A stretch of 64,000 bases of DNA from Eledone cirrhosa. Lineage: Eukaryota. The stretch lies in the NCBI GenBank assembly GCA_964016885.1, contig OZ024741.1, positions 118,668,001-118,732,000 on the forward strand. Reading direction: 5' to 3'. Each line of letters starts with the position of its first letter. Position 1 is the first letter of the stretch. Under the pieces are notes generated by a model. The model was given only the letters and a program-made list of their open reading frames with translations, was not told the DNA's origin and made no database searches. Position numbers and translations under genes: made by a program. Below are positions 43,564-58,259 of this stretch, in pieces.

Positions 43564-46090
<2,527 letters not shown>

Positions 46091-46091
46091 T

Positions 46092-46563
46092 ATGACTTCG
46101 ACAGAACTAGAACTATTTAATTCGTAAGAAATCATAAAAAGGCCTATATTCTTCTAACGTATTGAGTACCTTTTTTAACTGTGGTCACCTCCCATTATAA
46201 CTAGTGAAACACGTGTAATGAAAATAAACGTCTGTTAAATTGATATATATATATTGGTTGGTGTGGATGCTGGCGTAAACCCTGTTCAGCAATCGGTGCG
46301 ATGCTGTGATTTGAAGATGTAGTTGTGTCAACAGAATGGGTACTGGTATCTATCTACCTGGTATCAACATGGATCGCAGAATATATGTATAAAAAATGGA
46401 GAGTGGAATATCAATTTAACAGACGTTTATTTTCATTACACGTGTTTCACTAGTTATAATGGGAGGTGACCATAGTTAAAAAAAGGTACTCAATACGTTA
46501 GAAGAATATAGGCATATTTATGATTTCTTACGAATTAAATAGTTCTAGTCCTGTCGAAGTCAT
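46092..46563. mobile_element. Foldback element: ~155-bp inverted arms with ~160-bp spacer
   Basis: 46092-46247 is the reverse complement of 46408-46563; flanking (TATG)n/(CATA)n tracts are also inverted. Confidence 0.8.
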
Positions 46564-47501
46564 ACATACATACATACATACATACATACATACATACATA
46601 CATACATACATACACGTGCGGACATGAATATCTCCGTAGGATTTCAACTTTATTTTACTACATCTCATCGTATGTATTTATTTTGAATGTATTACCTGTG
46701 GTGGTGGGTCTGGCCTAATGTGGTATTTCGGTGTTTAATATCAGCTTTGACCCGGGTGTCCTACGCTGTGTGTGTGTGCGTGTGTGTCCGTGTATACATT
46801 TATATGTGTATGGGTGTAGGTGGTTGTATGTGTCTGTATATAAAAAAATATATATATATATATGTATACCGTCTCTGCATATGCATGTGGTGTGTATATG
46901 TGCATATACGTGCTGAACATATTGATGTGTACAATCTTGTGATGTCCCAATGCGGTGACTTAATGGCTCTTGAAGCTATTTTTTATATATCTTCTGTCTT
47001 TTTATATATCTTTTGTATGCGCTCCAACTGTGTCTGCTTGCTTTGGCTAACCCGCCTGCACCTCGCTTGCTAATGCACGTGAATTCCTCTACCTTCCTTC
47101 GATGCACCTCTCTCTGACCATTGGACTCCTGCCCGGGTGTGAACCGGTTTGTGATTACCCCACCGCTCAACTGTGTGAATGCACACCCGTGACTTTCGAG
47201 TGAACTTTTGAGACTGCCCAACCTGGGACGCCTCCATTGCCTTGCAATGGTCAAGTGATACTGGTGACTGTGACACTTAGTGCCTTCGTGGGCCCCTGAT
47301 GTTTTCAAGAAATATATTTTAAAAAAATGGTCAAGTGATACACATAACTGTGACACTTAGTGCCTTCGTGGGCCCCTGATATATTCAAGAGATATATTAT
47401 AAAAAAATATATATCTTATCTCAATTTACTTTATTTCATTTTATTTTATTTTATTTCATTTCATGTTATCTAATTTTATTTATTTACTTATTTAATTCCA
47501 T

Positions 47502-47540
<39 letters not shown>

Positions 47541-48243
47541 CTTATTTATTTATTTATTTATTTATTTAAATTTAATTTTAATTTTAATTTTAATTTTAAT
47601 TTTATTTATTTATTTAATTTTTATTTATTTATTTATTTATTTATTTAATTACATTTAATTACATTTAATTATACATTTAATTATATCTTATATTATATTA
47701 TTTTAATTTAGTCTATGTTATTTGATTTTAGTTTACCTTATTTTATCTTATTTTATGATTATATTATATTATGTTCTATTTTATATAATTTTAATTTTAA
47801 TTTTATATTATTTTATCTCATTCCTTACCCTGTATCACTATTATCTGTATATTTTATATTTTATATGTAAGTTTGTTATGTATTTCTTTATATTTTCTTA
47901 TATATATTATAAGTCTGTTTTTCACCTATTTTTTACCTACTCTTACCTAATCCTATCTATCTTATCTACTCTTGTCTGTTCTCTTATCCATGTGTATGCT
48001 TGTATGTAACTATATGTTGACAGCACCCCGCCCAACTGTGACTGATAGCACCCCTTATTTTTCATTGCTTATTTTTCATTGTTTATTTTATTATCTTATT
48101 TTTATTTTTATTTTTATTTTTATTTTTATTCTTATCTTTATTTTTACTTTTACTTCCTTAATATCCTTTATCGTCTATTATTATTTTTCATTCTTCAATG
48201 TCTTGGATTTGTTATTGCTTGTATGGTATGTAATTAACCTTTA

Positions 48244-48289
48244 TGCTCTGATGAGTCCCACTTATAGTGCGGATGAAACAATGTTAGCA
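48244..48289 (+). ncRNA. Minimal type I hammerhead near the 3' end of a ~1.7-kb non-coding element (46615-48340)
   Basis: UGCU-CUGAUGA-GUCCCACU/AGUGCGGAU-GAAAC-aau-GUU-AGCA. Confidence 0.7.
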
Positions 48290-48336
48290 AGTAAAGATAT
48301 GCATATGCTATAGGCGTTCTTTGTTATTTATTATAT

Positions 48337-48485
<149 letters not shown>

Positions 48486-48498
48486 TTGGTGTTCGTCC

Positions 48499-48602
48499 CG
48501 ATAACTTAATTTAGTTATCGCTCGCACTGATTTTAGGTATCTAGTCTTAAATGCGAAGAAATACCAACGATAACCAGCAGACTACTGATGAAGGACATTC
48601 TT
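48499..48602 (+). ncRNA. Candidate scrambled-order (pseudoknotted) hammerhead ribozyme, copy 1
   Basis: GGUAU-C-UAGUC ... GAAAUACC ... GACUA-CUGAUGA; extra helices UCGCA/UGCGA, CUGAUU/AACCAG, CGAUAACU/AGUUAUCG. Confidence 0.65.
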
Positions 48603-49045
48603 GTTTCTTGGTCTATTTTTATTCATATGTTCATATACGCAACAACGCAGCATGCCATTTTTCATTCACATATATTTTTTCCCTTCGCTGTGGTTCGTAT
48701 TTTTTCTGTCACCTTACTGCTGTCCCCCTTCTCTCTCCTTCACCTCTTGCTTTCCTCCACTCCCGCTGCTGGTCACTCACTCTCGGCGCTGGTCACTCAC
48801 TCTCGGCTGGCCCCTTCCTCACACTTTCACTCACTCACTCTCTGCTACTCCTCCTCTCTCACTTCCTCCCGTCTGACCTGCTTGAATTTCTTTCCTCTCT
48901 CAATCTTCTCGTGGATCGGACGCGTCTATTTCTTCTCGTCATTTTGATTTGTCGGACTTAAGCCCACAAGATTCATTGACTTGCCACTCTTTACGTTGCA
49001 TTACTACCATGTTGTTTGTTTCCTTTCCTCAGTTTTCCTCTATCC

Positions 49046-49149
49046 CGATAACTTAATTGAGTTATCGCTCGCACTGATTTTAGGTTTCTAGTCTTTAATG
49101 CGAAGAAATACCAACGATAATCAGCAGACTACTGATGAAGGACATTCTT
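49046..49149 (+). ncRNA. Candidate scrambled-order hammerhead, copy 2
   Basis: Same motif; perfect CUGAUU/AAUCAG; one stem III mismatch (GGUUU-C). Confidence 0.6.
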
Positions 49150-49371
49150 GTTTCTTGGTCTACTTTCATTCATATGTTCATATTCGCAACAACGCAACAC
49201 GCCATTTTTCATTCATATATATATATATATATACATATACGAACACCAACACGAGCGCTAATTATATAATTATGCAAATTAGTATGTCCAATTCAGAATA
49301 ACACTAAGAGAGAATGGGCATATAAACCCATCAAATGCGTGTCCCCATATGGTTGTTTAGATGATATACAG

Positions 49372-49415
49372 GTCTTCAGATGAGGGTCCAATTAGGTCCG
49401 AAAATCGATTGATGG
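49372..49415 (+). ncRNA. Degenerate hammerhead-like motif
   Basis: CAGAUGA-GGGUCC-aauua-GGUCC-GAAA-AUCGAUU; core U4 mutated and stem I poor. Confidence 0.3.
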
Positions 49416-50337
49416 TGTTTATAGTTTGTTTCCAATTTATAGAGAAATTCGTATTTTCTAGCATGTTTACATGCTTACATATTAAATATGCATATATTTA
49501 TATACAAAAGGTGCAGTTCCGGTTACACACTCTATATACATACAGGTATAACTTTATATAGTCACATACGTGTGTGTGAGAGTGTGAGTTCGTGTGTATA
49601 TGAAAAGTTAGTACATGATTCAACAGTAATAATTTTTCCCACTGTAATTATGTCTATTGTAAAATTGATTTAATTTGTAGTTTTAAAATAGGAAACCATT
49701 TAGCAAACCAACGATTAGACCAGGGTGCTTGCCCTTGTCAGAAAGGGTCACCGATTGGCTCACATGTAACTGTTCATCTATCGGCTCTCCCCTGTTGGGA
49801 TCAATTTGTCTGCATTTCTCCTTCGTATTTTTATACTGTGGGTTGTCATACCTCTTTTAATTTTTTTCATGATTTATTTTGAACTGTTCTTCCTCCACCT
49901 TGCAATTTGTTCTCATAATATTCCTTCATCCCCAGTCCTAGTGGCAATATACAGAAATTAACACCGTCACGATGTTTGGCTTCGAGCGTCGGACAAAATG
50001 TTTTGTGGCATTTGTTCCGGATCTCGGCATTCTGAGTTCAAATCCCATCGAAGTCAACTTTGCCTTTCATTCTTCCGGGGTCGATAAAATAACGTACTAG
50101 TTAAGTACTGTGGGTTGAAATAATGGACTTCCCCTTCCCTCAAATTGCCTGCCTTGAATCAAAGTTAGCAAAAAATAGCTTCATTAGTAGTAGTAGTAGT
50201 AGTAGTTGTTGTTGTTGTTGTTGTTGTAGTAGCTTATATTTCGCTATGATGAGATTTGTTTAAACAAATTAAATATTAACATTATTGCCCAGAGTGTGTA
50301 ACGAAAGAAAGCAGCTACTTAACGAATAAAGCAAACA

Positions 50338-50385
<48 letters not shown>

Positions 50386-50823
50386 AATCATTATTAATCG
50401 TAATAACGAAGACGACGACGGCAGCACATTTATTCCAGTCTTGATGTCAGATTAATTAGAAAAGCGAAACATATCTATAATTATAATAAATATTTTTATT
50501 ACTGCGAACAATTCTCCTAAATTACATATCCCCGGGTATATTATGAAATGCATGGATGCTTGCTTCCTTGCATTGAAAACACACCGATGAAATTATTTAT
50601 TGTTGTTTTTAACATTTTGCTATTAGCCAGTCAGTCGATATACATATATACATACATACCTACCTACAGGCACGCACGCACGCACATGTATGTATGTATG
50701 TATAAATGGAATAGAATAGAATGAAACGAAATTTCATTTCTCACTCTTAGCACGGCACTTACTTAAATGTAAGTATGTATGTATACGTACATACATATAT
50801 GTATACAGACGTACAGTAGCATG

Positions 50824-50889
<66 letters not shown>

Positions 50890-51038
50890 CAAGCACACAT
50901 ATATATATGTACGTATCAGTTTAGCGAACATTTATTATAATGTTCGCTTTGTTCGTTTGTAAACAAACGGACAGCCTGATTTATGCCGTACGGTGTTAAG
51001 GCAACCACGTCACCTTTTTGTTCAACACTGACACAGGA

Positions 51039-51081
51039 ACGATGTACTAGTTTCAAGCTTGTTAGCTATCGTCAGCACCGT
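51039..51081 (-). ncRNA. Minimal type I hammerhead ribozyme
   Basis: ACGGUG-CUGACGA-uAGCU-aaca-AGCUu-GAAA-CUAG-UA-CAUCGU; palindromic stem III ACUAGU. Confidence 0.8.
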
Positions 51082-51322
51082 ATACCCTTCTGCCAGATGG
51101 TTGAACGTTCGAAAGTATATACTTTCCTTATGAAAATTAACGGCTGAGCAGCCTAATTTGCATATCGAGTGAGTTCAGTCGGCCAGGCGCACCGAAAACG
51201 ATAAATGGAATAGAATAGAATGAAACGAAATTTCATTTCTCACTCTTAGTACGGCACTTACTTAAATGTAAGTATGTATGTATACGTACATACATATATG
51301 TATACAGACGTATAGTAGCATG

Positions 51323-51410
<88 letters not shown>

Positions 51411-51563
51411 CAGGCACACATATATATATATATGTACGTATCAGTTTAGCGAACATTTATTATAATGTTCGCTTTGTTCATTTGCAAACAAACGGACAGC
51501 CTGATTTATGCCGTACGGTGTTAAGGCAACCACGTCACCCTTTTGTTCAACACTGACACAGGA

Positions 51564-51606
51564 ACGATGTACTAGTTTCAAGCTTGTTAGCTATCGTCAG
51601 CACCGT
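51564..51606 (-). ncRNA. Minimal type I hammerhead ribozyme (identical tandem copy)
   Basis: Same sequence as 51039-51081. Confidence 0.8.
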
Positions 51607-51742
51607 ATACCCTTCTGCCAGATGGTTGCTAAACTGGTTGCTAAACTGGTCGCTAAACTGATACGTACATATATATATGTGTGCCTGTATGTATATATAT
51701 ATATATATATACACGCACAAACATATACATATATATAATACA

Positions 51743-52471
51743 TCTAAACTATAATAAAGGAAGGTCTGCGGGACTGCGTACGTTTTTTTTTTATCCCGTT
51801 AATAAAATAAGTTGGATTACTTTGAATAAATAATTGTTTCTACGTTAGGCACAAGGCCAGCAATTACCCAGTGTATTACTGGTACTTTATTTTATCGACC
51901 CCGTAAGGATGAAAGGCAAAGTTAACCTCGGCGAGATTTGAACTCAGAATGACAAGGGCCGTAACTCTATGCGTCAAAGCATGGCGTCCGACCCTCTATC
52001 AATACTGCCAAAATAATGAATGAATATTACATAATTTATCTACTAAATTTCGTAAACAAAAATAATTTCATAAAAATAAATAATTTAAAATTAACTTCTT
52101 TTCAAAGTTGCACTTCCAGTATATCGTTACCACCACCACCATCACTTCAACTACCATATATATAGAAAGAGTAAGTTGTGATGTCAACACTTCCGGTGGC
52201 GATCACTTAAATAAACATACTAATTTTCTGTCACTAATTTTCTCCTAATGCAGTTTATATATATAATATCGTCTTTTTTTAATGTATCATCGATTACGTT
52301 ACTGATTACATAAGACAGTGTAACAAAGTCTTCGTTCAATTTCTGTTTATATTGTCAATTACGATTTTATTTGATGTATCATATCTATATGTATATATAC
52401 TTGCGTATAATATCAATATACACACTACACATGCTAGCAGAAAACCACCCGAAGGGTGGTTTTTCTGCTAG
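51743..52471 (+). mobile_element. Non-autonomous Helitron-like element with nested SINE (51835-52010, -)
   Basis: A|TCTAAACTATAATAAAG start; terminal hairpin ctagcagaaaaccaccc-gaa-gggtggtttttctgCTAG|T. Confidence 0.65.
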
Positions 52472-53422
52472 TATACATAATATATATGTGTGTGTATTGT
52501 ATATTTTCTTATGTTTATAGTTTTTTACAGATATACGCTCAAAGTTTTACCGCCATTTTCACATCTATGTCGAAACGATCATCCGAATAATGTTTATAAA
52601 TAACTGGGAAGTCCTCCATTACTAAAGGTTTCGTAATAACACTCGTCAGCGTTTGTGTATTCGTTCCACTGCAGTTTTAAATTGTTATATAACCGAATTA
52701 ATTCCTTTATTCTTTATCTAGATTCGGCCATATTACTGTGGCCATGCTGGAGTAATCTTTAAAAGTTTTAGTCGATGATATCGACCCCAAAGACTTAATT
52801 GTTTTTGCACGTCTCTATTCGCCAAGCTGTTAATTTGAGGTGTATTAACAAACTGTAGTTAATATTATTGTAAACGCAAAGATCCTACCCCATATACACA
52901 AGGCTCAGGGCTATTTCAAACCCCAAAATGATTAAAGGCAGAGTTGAACTTGTTGATATTTAAACCCAGAGGGCTAAGTTCCGGAATAAATACCGCAAGG
53001 CATTTTAATCAGATGTCATATATCGCTTATAAGCAATCAATAAAGCATCATTAAAAATGCTGATAAAATAAAACAAATATTTTAATTAATATATTTCGTA
53101 TATTTTAATTCATTATATTTCAGTATCGCTTGTATGTATATTTTTTCTTTCCTTTCTCGGCCTCCATACATAACCACCACATTCTCATTAAAACTTATTC
53201 AATCGTTCACTCACTCTCTGTCTCTATATGTCTTTCTCTATCTGTCTTTGTGTCTCACTCATCCCTTTATTCTCTTCCACTCACCTCTCTTTGTTTTGTC
53301 TTACTTTTTTCCTCTCTCCCTTCACTCTCTCTTTCACCTCTCATTTTCTCTCTCTCTCTCTCTTACCCCCTTCCCTTACAAAAACACTCTCTCCCATTCT
53401 CGTCCCTATCCGTATCATTATA

Positions 53423-53610
53423 TTGTTTCTACTTTTGGCACAAGGCCAGCAATTACCCCAGTACATTACTGGTACTTTATTTTATCGACCCCGTAAGGAT
53501 GAAAGGCAAAGTTAACCTCAGCGGGATTTGAACTCAGAACGTAAAGGGATATAACTCTATGCTGCAAAGCATGGTGTCTGACACTCTACCGATACTGCCA
53601 ATCCATCGTC
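53423..53610 (-). mobile_element. SINE
   Basis: Full reverse-complement copy of the main family. Confidence 0.85.
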
Positions 53611-53699
53611 CTATCTGTAATATGAGATGAGCAAGTGATATCGGAAAGTAATAGCGACATTGATGAAGCTCAACTTACAACAGCAGTTCATCATAAAAC

Positions 53700-53926
53700 C
53701 ACCATCACCACCACCACCACCAGTACATCAGTACTTCACCACCATCACCACCACCACCATCACCATTACATCAGCACTTCACTCCCCCCCCACTATATCA
53801 GTACTTCACCACCACCACCATCACCACAAGCACCACCACACACACATATATATATATACATATCATCATCACTACCACCGCCACCAAAAACAATTCAAAC
53901 ACACATACATGCACATATTACCACCG

Positions 53927-53993
<67 letters not shown>

Positions 53994-54655
53994 ATACACA
54001 TATTACCACCACTACTACTACTACACATACATACACATAATACCACCACTACTACTACTACTACTACACATACATACACATATTACCACCAATACCACCA
54101 CACATATACACATATTACCACCACTACCACTATGGCATACATATACATATATCACTACTACCACCATACCACCATCCCCACCACCACACACACAAATTAC
54201 CACCATCACCACCACCACACACATATCATTACCACCATCACCATCACCACAACCACCACACATATATCAGTACCACCACCACACACACATAACCACCAGC
54301 ACCACCACCACACACAAACTACCACCAATACCACCACCACACACACAATACTACCATTAACACCACCACCACCCACACATTATCACCATCACCACCACCA
54401 CCACACACATTACCACCATCACCACCACCACCACACATATTACCACCATCACCACCACCACCACCACATATTACCACCATCACCACCACCACACACACAT
54501 TACCACCACCACCACACACATTACCACCATCACCACCATTACCACCACCACACACATATAACCACCATCACCACCACCACCACCACACACACATTACTAC
54601 CACCACCACCACCACCATTAACACCGCCACACACATATTACCACCATCACCAGTA
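53700..54655. repeat. CCA/CTA/CA low-complexity tract
   Basis: Direct inspection. Confidence 0.9.
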
Positions 54656-55121
54656 CTAAGTGTTATGACCTTGGATGTAAACTAAACACCTGATCTGCTG
54701 ATCTGGTTATTTTGCTCATACAGAGATAGAAGACAACTAAAAGGACAAAATGTAGATTTAATCAACAAACGCCTTCTCTATTACATCTGGCTCAAAAGAG
54801 AAGATGAACGGCGCGCTTGATACATTGAAGTAGATGGAGACGTCATAAGACTCGGAGAGTCATAACACCAGACCCATTGAATTTCATGTTATTCTGAGGT
54901 ATAAAGGTAGACGGAGTCACAACATTAGACTCACCAAAGACTGTGTTGTTGTGCAGGAGTTTCGTTGCCTACATCGGTAGCTGACCCCGAGTAGCTCTGG
55001 TGTTGCGGTGGAAGCAGTCGAAACACCTAGAGTTACTTCACCCTTGATGAGACATCGGCTCTTAAATTCGGAGACTCAGTACAGCAGCACCTTCAGCACA
55101 TATCTGTATTTACCAAGCATT

Positions 55122-57180
55122 TGGATTGGCAGTATCAGTAGAGGGTCGGATTCCATGCTTTGCAGCGTAGAGTTACGCCCCTTTACGGTCTGAGTCCAAA
55201 TCCCGCCGAGGTTAACTTTGCCTTTCATCCTTACGGGGTCGATAAAATAAAGTACCAGTAATACACTGAGATAATTGCTGGCCTTGTGCCAAAAATAGAA
55301 ACAATTATTATATTATATTATATTATATTCCTGACTTGTGGAGTTATGTTGAAAAACTGTTGTCATGTGTAGGACGGATCCTGTACTCGACTGAATTCAT
55401 CGGGAAGAACGCCATATTGCTCTCTTTTATAGGCATTTTTAAAACCTGGTGGAGCCCATCTTCTCTCTAGGTCTGAACACAGTCGATTTCTTCTTCTTCT
55501 TCTTCTTCTTCTTCTAGGGAGAGAGGTGCGGGGGGGGGGGGAGAGAAAGAAAAAAGAAAGAGAGAGAGGGAGAGAGAGATTTAGCCCCAATTATAAACTG
55601 TTACTTTTTTTTATCGACCTCGAAAAGATGAAAGACAAAGTTTACCTCGACAGGATTTGAACTCAGAGAACAGAGAGCCAGAATGAATACCACAAAGCAT
55701 TCTCTCCGACCTTGTAATGACTTTGCCAATTCACCGCCTATTTAAGCTACGATATCTTCTCTCAAATTGTCTAGCCCTTGTGCCTATGTTAATAAAAATT
55801 ATGCAGTAAGTTGGTGTTGTAATTTATAGACTTAAGTAGGCACTTAGATTTTGTTCTATTGTTTATGTGGCATATTGATGTCCGGAGCGATAACTGAGAG
55901 GTCATTAACTAGTATCCTGACCTCACTACTGGCATAATGTCGTGGTTGTAATTTGAGAAGGATGAAAGCTAAATATTAAATCTGTCGCCCCACCCACCAA
56001 AACCACCACTATTACCACCACGACCACCACCTGGTCGAACTTCTGAAACTGATGGAGGTTCATATACTAAAGTTAGTCATTATTCTAGTCTTTTACTAAT
56101 TTCAACCATTGGGACTGTAGTTGTGTTTCCGGTTTAGAATAAGTACATCGTATCCCTAAATGTCGTAAGATGCAACTAATAGGACTGGTGTCAAGTAGGG
56201 CATCTGGTTGTAAAACATTGCCGCATCGTAACCTCACAATGAGCAGTTAAACAGGACAATCTGGCTCTTGGGTATCTTTAGCAAGATCCACACTGTTGCA
56301 ATCTTTCAGGACAGATCTCTGGTTGAGTATACCTTTCTCAATCTCAATTCCACCGGCCACGGAGGGCCCTGAAAAATGTTTAGATTGTTGCCTAACTTCC
56401 CCTGATTAAATAATTATTTCTACTTTAGACACAAGGCCAGCAATTTGAAGGGGAGGGGAAAGTCGATTAAATCGACCCCAGTGCATTACTGGTGCTTTAT
56501 TTTATCGATCGACCCCGTAAAGATAAAAGTCAAAGTTAACTTTGGAGGGATTTGAACTCAGAACGTAAAGGGCCGTAACTCTCTGTTGCAAAGCATGGTG
56601 TCCGACGCTCTACCGATTCTGCCAATCCACCGCCCTCCTCTGATTAAATAACGGTTTCTTATATATGCACAAGGCCGGCAATTTTTGAGGAAGGGGAAAG
56701 TCGATTCAATCGACTCCAGTGTGTGACTGGTACTTTATTTTATCGACCCCGTAAAGCTGAAAGGCAAATTTGATCTCGGCGGGATTTGAAAACGGACCGT
56801 AAAGGGCCATGACTCTATATTGCAAAGCATGGTGTCCGACGCTCTACCGGTTCTGCCAATCCACTGCCCTCCTGTGATTAAATAATGACAATAATAATAA
56901 AAATTATTATCGGGCTCGAGACAGATTTTACACTCACCCGTTTCTGCTAATCATCTTTTTAAAATATTTGTGTTGGATTTCCGTTTTCATTAGAGCAACA
57001 TTTCGGTCGCATCAATATATATAAATATAAGTGGCGAATTGGTAGATTCGTTAGAACGTTGGATAGAATATTTTGCGGTATTACTTCCCATTTTCCGCGA
57101 TCTGATTTCAAATCCACCCGAAGACAACTTTGCCTTTCATCCTTTCGAGGTCAATTAATAAAGTCCATCACTGCGGTCGA
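55122..57180. mobile_element. Five SINE copies (55122-55305 +, 55590-55740 -, 56415-56636 -, 56655-56870 -, 57030-57180 +)
   Basis: Main-family core sequence. Confidence 0.8.
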
Positions 57181-57819
57181 TTCTTTCTCTATATCGCTTT
57201 CTTACTTCCTCTTTATCTCCGAGGAAATCGGTTATGTTTAATATCTAGAGAGGGATGGTCTCCGCCAGGTTTAAAATACGCAGCATACATCGTATGTCAT
57301 TACACACCCCTACGACTCCATTAGGAGTTAAGGGTCCATCCGCCCGACCGTCCATCCATCCATCCATCAAGTGGCTGCATCTCAGTTTCGAGAATTGTCA
57401 TCTCTTGTCTTTTCCTCATGGTACGAATACGACTTTAGTCATTCCAAGGACTTATGTTCCTTTCTTCATATACTGCAGCGAAAGAAAGAAAAGGACCATG
57501 CTAACACAACACACGTGAGTGTCGTTTAGAACAAGTGATGCCTTTGTTTGAAGTGAAGAACGCCTTACACTCGACCAATTCCTATCTCTGAACAATAATG
57601 ACAGGTATCCTAAAAGAGCAGGTCAACATCATTGGCAACCATCGAATTGCAGGTTTTACATCAGAGTTTTCCTTCTCCTACAATGATGTCCTAATAAAAA
57701 CTAGGGGTCTCTCACTCCCGGTGGGAAAACTGAGCACTCCAGCACCAAATCGAGTATTTTCATGTCTCTTCGCATATACATACATACATACATAGATACA
57801 TACCTACATACATACATAC

Positions 57820-58032
57820 CAGTGGCGAAGGGGAACCTGGAAAGCAGGGCATGCAGTCCAATCACCATGGCGGAGAGTTGGGCTGTGCAGCCTTACCCCG
57901 CCCCCGCCCGAATTCCCTCTAAATGACCCTCCCGGTCAAAGCCGCATGTAGTGTTATCTAGTGTGTGTGTTATCTTTTTATGTCTACGATTTAGTAAGCA
58001 GCCAAAATTCTGCTTGCTTCAACCGACGCTGT

Positions 58033-58112
<80 letters not shown>

Positions 58113-58238
58113 CTTTTTATGTGTCTACGATTTAGTAAGCAGCCAAAATTCTGCTTGCTTCAACCGACGCAATTGGTCAACTCGAGATTATATGACGCAT
58201 GCACTGAATGCGTTGCATGCACGCACCCTTCGCCCCTG
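57820..58238. mobile_element. hAT-like MITE
   Basis: 13-bp TIRs cagtggcgaaggg / cccttcgcccctg; 8-bp TSD atacatac/atacatat. Confidence 0.75.
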
Positions 58239-58259
58239 ATACATATATACCTACATACA

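Larger units (their letters stand above)
41864..43566 (-). mobile_element. Non-autonomous Penelope-like/retrozyme element: 1303-bp unit with terminal direct repeats plus inverted terminal copy
   Basis: 41864-42036 repeats 43167-43339; 43089-43566 is a ~480-bp palindrome; three identical hammerheads; no ORF. Confidence 0.85.
48496..49222 (+). mobile_element. Retrozyme-like element, 547-bp unit with ~180-bp terminal direct repeats
   Basis: 48496-48676 repeats 49043-49222; CT-rich interior; flanked by (TA)n. Confidence 0.85.
50702..51630 (-). mobile_element. Retrozyme-like tandem (~500-525-bp unit containing an internal microsatellite)
   Basis: Unit restarts at 50702 and 51201; two intact hammerheads 525 nt apart. 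Confidence 0.85.

Noticed and set aside
48530-48612. Hairpin- or twister-ribozyme reading of the same motif (AGUC...AGAA...ACCAG)
   Set aside because: Loop A/B and twister P1/P2 geometry do not fit, whereas the hammerhead core junctions fit exactly
48551-49301. Duplicated [18 protein letters not shown]
   Set aside because: Arises from the terminal direct repeat; the diverged 62 kb homologue conserves base pairs rather than the reading frame
54724-54820. Possible terminal exon DRRQLKGQ...DERRA*
   Set aside because: Acceptor-like site only; no partner exon or recognisable homology
54990-55040. Stem ending in GAAAC, resembling a type III hammerhead
   Set aside because: No CUGANGA between the strands
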